Assembly (NCBI GenBank): GCA_043803745.1
Contig: JAZDJS010000018.1
Span: 1 to 32,602, forward strand
DNA length: 32,602 nt
Reading direction: 5' to 3'
Source: an archaeon
GTDB lineage: Archaea > SpSt-1190 > DYHY01
The notes below the pieces were generated by a model. That model was not told the origin of the DNA. It searched no databases and saw nothing but the letters and a program-made list of their open reading frames with translations. Numbering within the stretch: the first letter of the stretch is position 1; every line of letters starts with the position of its first letter. Below, piece by piece: positions 24,240-32,602 of this stretch. Made by a program: the position numbers and the translations under genes.

Positions 24240-24677
24240 CTAAGCAACATCTACATCGTCAATCTTGTGATGGCGTAGGAAATATCCCTTCGCCTCGTTC
24301 AGCCGCTTCTTCCCGTTGGCAAGGAGCGCCTTCTTGTCGTTCGGGTTCTCGACCTGGAGGTTAATTATTTTCGCTCCGGTCGACTTCTGCGCGGTATAGG
24401 CGTTCTTTATCTTGACAGGGTAGACGAGGTTCTTCAGGAACTGGATGGGATCCTTCGAGTATTCTATCAGGTCTATCTTCTTCCCGAGGGCATCCTCGAC
24501 CTTCTTGACGTTCGCGCCAGCCTTGCCTATCGCAAGCCCCATGTCCCCCTCGTTGACAATGAAAACGACCTTGTCAGGGTACGTTATGCAGTCCTTGACC
24601 CCCGCATTGGTGAGGGATTCGAAAAGGCTGATGAAGCGGAAATCATCTGTACTTATTTTTATTACTCTTTCCGCCAA
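24240..24677 (-). CDS. nusA: Archaeal NusA-like protein (KH domains)
   Basis: FESLTNAGVKDC...GDMGLAIGKAGANVK..LGKKIDLIEYS; syntenic after rpl30e; TTG start. Confidence 0.95.
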   Translation of the reverse strand: MAERVIKISTDDFRFISLFESLTNAGVKDCITYPDKVVFIVNEGDMGLAIGKAGANVKKVEDALGKKIDLIEYSKDPIQFLKNLVYPVKIKNAYTAQKSTGAKIINLQVENPNDKKALLANGKKRLNEAKGYFLRHHKIDDVDVA

Positions 24678-24684
24678 GTGGACC

Positions 24685-24957
24685 TTATGCCTCCTTGAGG
24701 ATTCCGACTACGGAAACCTGGTGCGGCCTCTTGGAAATCTCGCCCAGGTCGACGTTGGTCCCGGGAAACTTGTATTCCGCAGCCTGGCCGAGGCAAGCGG
24801 CGATTTCCTTCTTTATGTTCTCCGGCGTGTTCTCCGAATAGGCAACTAGCGAAAGCTTCCCGGCTTTGAGGAACTTGAGCGCCCTTTCCGTGCCAAGGAC
24901 AATCTTCTTTTCGGAGACCGCCTTTGAGATCAATTTCACGAATTCCTTGTGTTCCAT
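24685..24957 (-). CDS. rpl30e: 50S ribosomal protein L30e
   Basis: KIVLGTERALK, FPGTNVDLGEISKRPHQVSVVGI; canonical position after rpoA''. Confidence 0.93.
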   Translation of the reverse strand: MEHKEFVKLISKAVSEKKIVLGTERALKFLKAGKLSLVAYSENTPENIKKEIAACLGQAAEYKFPGTNVDLGEISKRPHQVSVVGILKEA

Positions 24958-25003
24958 TTCTTCACCTGTCCCTTTTTTACCCTTTTTTAATTCTCACTTT
25001 TCA

Positions 25004-26149
<1,146 letters not shown>

Positions 26150-28822
26150 CTATGCTCCTACTCCCTTTTTCGTGCCTGAACCTGATTTTTTCTTGCCCGC
26201 CTTCCCGCTGCTGCCCGCAAAAGCGAGCGAGCGGGTTTTCTTTATCGAAAGTATTCCCTGGTCGGTTTTCGACGGGTCGAGCCCGTCTTCGCCATACATG
26301 AATTGGACGATCCCTCCGCGGGAATCCCTGACTGAATAGTCATAGTCGACGAATAGGTCCTGGAGCGCGTTGGAAAGCCTCCTGTACATGTACCCTGACT
26401 TGGGCGTCCTCATCGAGGTGTCCGTGAGCCCCTCGCGACCGGCCATCGCAACCCAGTAGAACTCGAAGGGGTCAAGACCGCTTCCGTAGGAATTCTTGAC
26501 GAAGCCTTTTGATGCCGCGCCAATGTCCCCCTTCTTGAAATGGGGGAGCGTCCGCTCGAAATACCCGCGCCTCACGCGCCCTCCTCCGACCGCCTGTTGC
26601 CCGAGACACGCTGCCATCTGCGCAACGTTGAGGACCTTTCCCCTTGCCCCGCAAATTGCCATGATGATCGCCGGGTTTGTCGGCTGCACATACTGCCTCA
26701 CTATTTCGACAGCCTTGTCCCTCGCGCGGTTGAGCGCGCCCATTATCTCTAGCTCAAGGGTCTGCCTAAGTGTCATTCCCGGGAGCGCCTCAAGCTTCGC
26801 GGCGGCGTAATCCTCGATGGATTTCAAGGATTCCGCTTCCCCTTCGGAAAGGACCTGGTTCACGGATGCCTTGGCTGACGCGGAAATTTCGAAATCCTCG
26901 ATTCCCACCGAAAAGCCCGTTCTCCTGAAGAATGAAAGTCCGAGTCTTGTGAAGTTGTCGATGAACCTCTTCACCTTTTCCGAGCCGTACTTTTGCGTGA
27001 AATAGTCGAGGAGTTTGCCCTCTCCCGAGCCGATTGCGGACTCGTCAATCACGCCCGTCTTGAGTTCGCCCCTTTCGATCTGCACGTGGGTTTTCGGCTT
27101 GCACGTCTCGGGAGTGCAGTTCCGGCAGCCGTGGAACTTGCATGCCTTGCTCCTGAATGACATTGAGATGTCCTTCGGGAGTATCTTCGAGAAGAGTTCC
27201 TTGCCTGTGACGGGCCCTTCGACCTCCTCGTCAATCCCGGCTTCGAAAAGGATCTGGTTCGCGTCCTCCCGCGAAAGCCGGGTTTCCGGAAGGGTCAGTA
27301 GATAAAGCGCGGTCATATGGTCCTGGTGTCCCCCTACGATCGGCCCACCGTATCTCGGCGACCTTATTTGCTTGGAAACGCGCATCAGCTCCTCGGCCTC
27401 GACGGAAGCCTCAAGGGTCTGCGGAACGTGCAAGTTCATTTCGTCACCGTCAAAGTCCGCGTTATACGGCGGACATACCGCCGGATTCAGGCGGAACGAA
27501 TGGTATGGAAGCACCCGCGCCCTGTGGGCCATTATCGAAAGCCTGTGCAAGGACGGCTGCCTGTTGAAAAGGACGATGTCCCCGTCAACAATGTGCCGCT
27601 CAACAATCATTCCTGGCTTTAGTTCCTCGGCAACCTGTTCCTTGTCGTCCTCGGTAATCCGTTTCTTCCTTCCGTCCGGAAGCAGTATGTAATTCGCCCC
27701 GTTCTTCTTGTTGGGCCCGTTGAGAATGAGCTTCTTGAGCCACTCAAGGTTCCGGTCGGTTGCCATTTCCGGAACGGTCAGCTCCTGCGCAACCTCGTAG
27801 GGAATCCCGACCTCCTCGATCGAGATCTGCGAGTCCGGCGAAATCACCGTTCTTGCCGAAAAGTTCACGCGCTTTCCTGCGAGGTTGTACCTGAATCTTC
27901 CCTCCTTGCTCTTGATTCTCTGGGCAATCCCCTTGAGGACGCGTCCGGCCCTGTGCCTTGCGGGCGGTATTGACGCAACCTCGTTGTCAATGAATGTTGT
28001 CGCGTGGTATTGGAGAAGCTCCCAAAGGTCCTCTATTATTACGGAAGGCGCCCCGGCGCCCATGTTCTCCTTGAGCCGGAGGTTTATCCTCATTATGTCG
28101 ACAAGCTTGTGCGTGAGGTCATCCTCCGCGCGCTCCGAGGAATCGAGGGTGATTGACGGCCGCACAGTTACGGGAGGAACCCCCAGGGCAGTCGTCACCA
28201 TCCATTCGGGCCTCGCTGATTTCAGGTCAAGCCCGAGGAAAATCAAGTCCGAGTTCGGGACTTTCTCAAGCTGGTCCCGGATGTCTATCGGAGTGAGCTT
28301 TTCCCTGTCCCGGTAGTATGTTGTCGGCTTTTCGAACTTGATCGGCAGGTTCTTCTGGTTGCAGTGCGGGCATGCCTTCGCTCTTGCGCACAGCCGATAT
28401 ATCTCCGGAACGAGCTTCCATTTGGACATCTCGGTCTGCTCCTTGTCAAGCTGCTCGTAGAGCTTCTTGTATTTCGCGCTTGCCTTCGCGTCAAGGCGCG
28501 CTCTCCCGCAGTTATGGCAGGTTGACGCAAGGATGCGGTAGATTATCTCCGCGAACTTTATGTGGATGACCGGCCTTGCGAGCTCGATATACCCAAAGTG
28601 ACCGGGGCACTCCCCGACCCTTGAGCCGCACGTCCTGCAGCGGAGCCCCGGGTCGACTATTCCCATGCGCGGATCCATCAAGCCTCCCTCGACGGGGAAC
28701 CCGTCCTGGTCATATAGCTCGGAAACAGTCACCTCGAGGGCTGAAAGCTTCCGTATCACCTGGGGACTCAAAAGCCCAAAGTCAATTGAGCCGATTCTTT
28801 TCTTGATTATTGGTTGTGCCAT
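26150..28822 (-). CDS. rpoA1: DNA-directed RNA polymerase subunit A' (Rpo1N)
   Basis: CPGHFG clamp Zn site, LFNRQPSLH and catalytic YNADFDGDEMN; no intein evident from length. Confidence 0.99.
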   Translation of the reverse strand: MAQPIIKKRIGSIDFGLLSPQVIRKLSALEVTVSELYDQDGFPVEGGLMDPRMGIVDPGLRCRTCGSRVGECPGHFGYIELARPVIHIKFAEIIYRILASTCHNCGRARLDAKASAKYKKLYEQLDKEQTEMSKWKLVPEIYRLCARAKACPHCNQKNLPIKFEKPTTYYRDREKLTPIDIRDQLEKVPNSDLIFLGLDLKSARPEWMVTTALGVPPVTVRPSITLDSSERAEDDLTHKLVDIMRINLRLKENMGAGAPSVIIEDLWELLQYHATTFIDNEVASIPPARHRAGRVLKGIAQRIKSKEGRFRYNLAGKRVNFSARTVISPDSQISIEEVGIPYEVAQELTVPEMATDRNLEWLKKLILNGPNKKNGANYILLPDGRKKRITEDDKEQVAEELKPGMIVERHIVDGDIVLFNRQPSLHRLSIMAHRARVLPYHSFRLNPAVCPPYNADFDGDEMNLHVPQTLEASVEAEELMRVSKQIRSPRYGGPIVGGHQDHMTALYLLTLPETRLSREDANQILFEAGIDEEVEGPVTGKELFSKILPKDISMSFRSKACKFHGCRNCTPETCKPKTHVQIERGELKTGVIDESAIGSGEGKLLDYFTQKYGSEKVKRFIDNFTRLGLSFFRRTGFSVGIEDFEISASAKASVNQVLSEGEAESLKSIEDYAAAKLEALPGMTLRQTLELEIMGALNRARDKAVEIVRQYVQPTNPAIIMAICGARGKVLNVAQMAACLGQQAVGGGRVRRGYFERTLPHFKKGDIGAASKGFVKNSYGSGLDPFEFYWVAMAGREGLTDTSMRTPKSGYMYRRLSNALQDLFVDYDYSVRDSRGGIVQFMYGEDGLDPSKTDQGILSIKKTRSLAFAGSSGKAGKKKSGSGTKKGVGA

Positions 28823-28860
28823 TGTCGTTCTCGTTCCTCTTCTTCACTTTTTCAATTCCC

Positions 28861-30699
28861 TCAGCTCTTGTTCTCCAGCCTGAGGCGCGGGAAAACTCCT
28901 AAGCTCATCAGCTCGTGCAGGAGGAGGTGGAAAGCGTAGGAAACCTCGATGAACTCTATCCGCGCCGTTTCTCCGCACATCGGACAGTGGCTCTTCTCCT
29001 TGGCCTTGTCATATATCGCGGGGATTCCGCAGCCGGTGCATATGGGAACGACCGTCTTGTCCGAGTCAAAGCGCTCCTTTAGGAGGAGTGCCGCCCCGTG
29101 GGCAACCAGGCAGTCTTTTTCCATTTCTCCCATCCTCAGGCCGCCTTTCTTGCTCCGTCCCTCGGTCGGCTGGCGGGTGAGTATCTGGACCGGCCCGCGC
29201 GAGCGCGCGTGAAGCTTGTTGAGCACCATGTGCCTGAGCTTGTGGTAGTAGATTACACCGACAAAAATGTCCGCTTCGAACTTCTTCCCGGTTATCCCGT
29301 CGTAAAAAACCTCCTTGCCGTCGGGCCTGAAGCCGTTCGCCAAAAGAACCTGCTTCATTCCCTCTACCGGATTCTCGGAGAACGCGGTTCCGTCAACATA
29401 GTCCCCTGAAACGCATGCGCCCTTGCCCGTCAGAAGCTCCATCAGCTGGGAAACCGTCATCCTTGAGGGGATTCCGTGCGGGTTTGCAATCATGTCCGGG
29501 ACAATCCCGTTCTCTGAATATGGCATGTCTGCCTGGTCAACAATCATTCCGACAACGCCCTTCTGCCCGTGCCTTGAGGAGAACTTGTCGCCGAGTTCGG
29601 GAGTTCTGTCGTCCCGCACCCGTATTTTCGCCATCTTGTGCCCCTCCTGGTCCTCCGTAAGGAGAACTAGGTCGGCCCATCCGGCTTCCCCGTGGCGCAC
29701 GACAATCGAACTTTCGCGCCTTGCCTCGGTTCCCTTGCGGAAAATGTCGACCGCTCCGAGGAATCTTGGCGGGCTCGTCCGTCCGATTATTACGTCGTCG
29801 CTTTCAAGCCTTGACTCGAGCTCGACAAGTCCGTCTGGCCCGAGGTTCCTGTAAAGATGATCCATCCGGTAGCCGACGATTTCCTTTGTCGGGAGCTCGA
29901 TTGTGTCCTCCTGTCCGGAAGGGTGCCTCTGTTCCTGTGTTACGTACGGGCGGTAGAAGGTGCTTCTCCCGAGCCCGCGATCGATTGCGCCGCGGTTGAG
30001 CACTACGGCGTCTTCCATGTTATACCCTTCCCAGGGCATCAGCGCAACAACGAAATTCTGGCCTGCCGCGTGCGCGTCAAAGCCGACAATTCCCGTAAGG
30101 CGCGACCTAACGATGGGCTTCTGCGGATAGTGCAGGATGTTCGAATATGTGTCGAACCGGATGAGGTAGTTTGTCGTGTAAATCCCGAGTGCCTGCTTTA
30201 CCCCCTTCGACGCCCCGTAATTTACGCGGTCGCCCCGAGAATAGTTGGCAAATGGCACAAGGCTTGCGGGGAGTCCGAGGATTGTGACGGGGTCGACCTC
30301 CAGGTGGGTGTGCTCGGGCGTGACGTTTTCGGGCCAGAGCGCAATAAGAGCCTCCTCTTCCTCGTCAGCGTCAAGGAACTCCATCTTGCCTTCTGAAAGA
30401 AGGTTTTTCCACGTCAGTTCGCCTTTCTTGAGCTTGGAAAGATCCTCCTTGCCCAGCAGCGGCTTGCCGTTTTCGACGATTATCAGCGGCCTTACAACGC
30501 GCCCGGAATCTGTGAAAACCCGAACCTCGTTGAAGTGCGGGAGGAACGCTATCGTTGTTTCAGGGACTATTTTCCCGTTCCGCCGTTCCGCCCTGAGCTT
30601 CTTGACGAGCTCCGGTCCGTTCTCGTGATTACCAACGAATCTTCCGTTGAGGAAAACGTCTACTTTCTCTCCGCCAGATTTCTTCTCCAATGATGCCAT
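28861..30699 (-). CDS. rpoB1: DNA-directed RNA polymerase subunit B' (Rpo2C)
   Basis: GYNMEDA, GDKFSSRHGQKG, RQPTEGRS..GGLRMGEMEKD and C-terminal CxxC...CxxC. Confidence 0.98.
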   Translation of the reverse strand: MASLEKKSGGEKVDVFLNGRFVGNHENGPELVKKLRAERRNGKIVPETTIAFLPHFNEVRVFTDSGRVVRPLIIVENGKPLLGKEDLSKLKKGELTWKNLLSEGKMEFLDADEEEEALIALWPENVTPEHTHLEVDPVTILGLPASLVPFANYSRGDRVNYGASKGVKQALGIYTTNYLIRFDTYSNILHYPQKPIVRSRLTGIVGFDAHAAGQNFVVALMPWEGYNMEDAVVLNRGAIDRGLGRSTFYRPYVTQEQRHPSGQEDTIELPTKEIVGYRMDHLYRNLGPDGLVELESRLESDDVIIGRTSPPRFLGAVDIFRKGTEARRESSIVVRHGEAGWADLVLLTEDQEGHKMAKIRVRDDRTPELGDKFSSRHGQKGVVGMIVDQADMPYSENGIVPDMIANPHGIPSRMTVSQLMELLTGKGACVSGDYVDGTAFSENPVEGMKQVLLANGFRPDGKEVFYDGITGKKFEADIFVGVIYYHKLRHMVLNKLHARSRGPVQILTRQPTEGRSKKGGLRMGEMEKDCLVAHGAALLLKERFDSDKTVVPICTGCGIPAIYDKAKEKSHCPMCGETARIEFIEVSYAFHLLLHELMSLGVFPRLRLENKS

Positions 30700-30735
30700 T
30701 ATTATCTTTCCTCTCCTTCTTGCCTGCTTGCCTGC

Positions 30736-32241
30736 TTACTTGCTCCCCTCTCTTATCGCCGGTTCAACCCCGGCTGAAAACAGGAACTTGCGTATCGGTT
30801 CGTCGTCGCTCCCGTGAGTAACGCGCGCAATAAGCGCAAGGTTCTTCCTTAGCCCGATGTTCTGCCCTTCCGGGGTTTCCGATGCGCAAAGCTTTCCCCA
30901 GTGTGTCGGGTGGAGTTCACGCGCCTCGAAATGCGGCTGCGATGTTGTCAGCGGCGAAAGGACGCGTCTCAGGTGGGAAAGCGTGTCGAGGTAGTTCAGT
31001 CTCTGGAGGTGCTGCGATACCCCCGTCCTTGAGCCGACCCAGTACCCAGTTGCAAGGGCGGACTGGAGCCTTCCGGTCAGGAGCTGGCTACGCACAATTG
31101 TCTCGATGGGGGGTTCCCGTCCCCTCTTCGTAATCCGCTCGAACGAATATTTCATGTCGTTCACCATCGCCTTGAAAGCCGCGCGGAAAAGCTGTTCCAT
31201 CAGTTCGCCGGCAAGCTTCAGGCGCTTGTTCGAGTAATGGTCCTTGTCGTCGTCCTTCAGGAGGCCGTAGTGGAGCTTAATCAGGCGCTCGGTCACTTTC
31301 CCGAGATAGATTGCCTTCTCCCTGCGCGCGCCCGGAGCCCGCCCTATGTGCGGAAGAAGATACTGGTCGATGAGTTCTTGGACGCGCTGGACCCTGTACT
31401 CCTTGCCCTGACCTATCTTCAGCTGCCTTCCTATCCAGTCAAGGGCATCCTCTATTGTCTTGCATTCCTCTATTGTCTCAAGGTTGACCATTACATCCTC
31501 GGCAAGCTCCTCGTTTTCAGAGATTGCGTTCCCTATTTCCTCGTCGCTCTCGAGGCCAAGGGCCATCTGAAGCACGCCTACCGGAAGCTTCGAGATTCTT
31601 CCGAAGCTCACGCGGACCGTTCCGTCGTGCAGGCGCTCGAAAAGGTGCGGAATCCGTATCCCCGGAGCTTCCGAGAAAAGCCGGGCGGCGTGCGTGACGG
31701 GCCCGCTCTTCTTGGTTTCAAGGAGGGGCGTGTTCGGCCCAAGATCCTCTATAGCAATGAGGACGCGCTCCGTCCCGTTGATCACGAAATATCCGCCCGG
31801 GTCGGAGGGGTCCTCGCCGTTCTCGACAAGGTCGCGCGGGCTGAGCTTTGAAAGATAGCAGGGGCTGCTCTTGAGCATTATCGGAAGGGAGCCGATTTCG
31901 GTTAGAACCGGGTCTTTCCTGACTCCGTCCTGCTCGACGAAAAGCTCAAGCGTTATCGGCGCCTCATACGTTATCTGCCTGACCCTTGCTTCCGAGGGGT
32001 AGATTTTGTTCATTGAGCCGTCCGCTTCCTTGACAACCGGGTTTCCTATCGCGATTTTTCCGAATTTTATCCGGTATTCCTTCGCGCCCTGGGGGATTAT
32101 TGCCGGAAGGAGCTCGCCAGTCTCGTCGACGACGACCTGCATCCCCTTCTCCATGAACCTGTTGAACGAGTCGATGTGGTGCCGGACCATCCCGTACTCT
32201 GCGAAAAAAGCCTTTACAATTTCCTCTCCTAGATCGTTCAT
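30736..32241 (-). CDS. rpoB2: DNA-directed RNA polymerase subunit B'' (Rpo2N)
   Basis: HHIDSFNRF, DPGGYFVINGTERV, DDKDHYSNKRL and ETPEGQNIGL. Confidence 0.98.
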   Translation of the reverse strand: MNDLGEEIVKAFFAEYGMVRHHIDSFNRFMEKGMQVVVDETGELLPAIIPQGAKEYRIKFGKIAIGNPVVKEADGSMNKIYPSEARVRQITYEAPITLELFVEQDGVRKDPVLTEIGSLPIMLKSSPCYLSKLSPRDLVENGEDPSDPGGYFVINGTERVLIAIEDLGPNTPLLETKKSGPVTHAARLFSEAPGIRIPHLFERLHDGTVRVSFGRISKLPVGVLQMALGLESDEEIGNAISENEELAEDVMVNLETIEECKTIEDALDWIGRQLKIGQGKEYRVQRVQELIDQYLLPHIGRAPGARREKAIYLGKVTERLIKLHYGLLKDDDKDHYSNKRLKLAGELMEQLFRAAFKAMVNDMKYSFERITKRGREPPIETIVRSQLLTGRLQSALATGYWVGSRTGVSQHLQRLNYLDTLSHLRRVLSPLTTSQPHFEARELHPTHWGKLCASETPEGQNIGLRKNLALIARVTHGSDDEPIRKFLFSAGVEPAIREGSK

Positions 32242-32505
32242 TTTATTCGATTGATTCCTCCGTCAATTTTTTGTCCTGAAAGTGGAGCGAGATTTTTCCC
32301 CGGACGTTTCGGGAGATGATTTCCGGGCGAATGAAGGTTCCGAATGGGCCGAGAATTTTCGCCGCGTCGGTGAAAGGAATTTCCGGGGAGGCAGGAGCTT
32401 CTTTGAAGTTTTTTCTTACGCCCGTGAACGGATTTCCGGAGCGGCTGAGTCCTCTGCAGAGGACGAAGTCGACATCGCCGATTTCCGAATTCCCACGGTC
32501 GGCGA

Positions 32506-32602
32506 TGGCGGGCCCGGTGGGATTTGGACCCACGACCACCTGGTTGCTTCGCCCGCGGCCTTCGTCCGAGCCGCGGAAATAAAAGCCAGATGCTCTACCA
32601 TG
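32506..32602 (-). tRNA. tRNA-Lys(UUU) with a 35-nt intron at 37/38 (32545-32579) and encoded CCA; 5' end outside the window
   Basis: Minus strand: ...CATGGTAGAGCA-TCTGG-CT-TTT-A-[intron]-A-CCAGG-TGGTC-GTGGG-TCCAAAT-CCCAC-CGGGCCC-G-CCA. CUUU pairs with intron GAAG as the central BHB helix. Confidence 0.93.

Noticed and set aside
30719-30744. 8-bp tandem CTTGCCTG-like repeat spanning the rpoB'' stop
   Set aside because: Only about three short imperfect units, readily explained by replication slippage; too short to count as a codon-preserving echo.
32243-32539. 98-aa minus-strand ORF as a genuine CDS
   Set aside because: Its start lies inside the tRNA and there is no suitable start outside it; discussed only as a possible remnant.

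Overview
Archaeal chromosomal segment; the compact organisation and gene families are DPANN-like, but the phylum cannot be fixed from this window. The right two-thirds carries the conserved minus-strand information-processing cluster: intron-containing tRNA-Lys(UUU), split rpoB''/rpoB', rpoA'/rpoA'', rpl30e, nusA, rps12, rps7, aEF-2, aEF-1alpha and rps10. rpoH is absent from its usual position. Accessory DNA interrupts the cluster three times: an IS200/IS605-like miniature element plus a membrane protein; an aminotransferase plus two paralogous unknown proteins; and an antisense TVP38/DedA gene. The left third has glmS (partial), an ArsR-HTH regulator, a ferredoxin, a nuclease-like protein, SdpI, a double-Nudix hydrolase, a membrane-anchored HTH regulator with divergent secreted genes, a deoxyhypusine synthase-family gene, a beta-hydroxyacid dehydrogenase and a GT-B glycosyltransferase. 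The most unusual signal is a set of '3'-end echoes': degenerate direct copies of the last 10-13 codons of a gene, lying just downstream of its stop codon. There are three full and two partial copies after the ArsR-type gene and one copy each after the DHS-like gene and rps10, with weaker candidates after nusA and rps7. The ArsR and rps10 copies differ from their genes largely at synonymous positions. No integrase, transposase or reverse transcriptase is present in the window to explain them.
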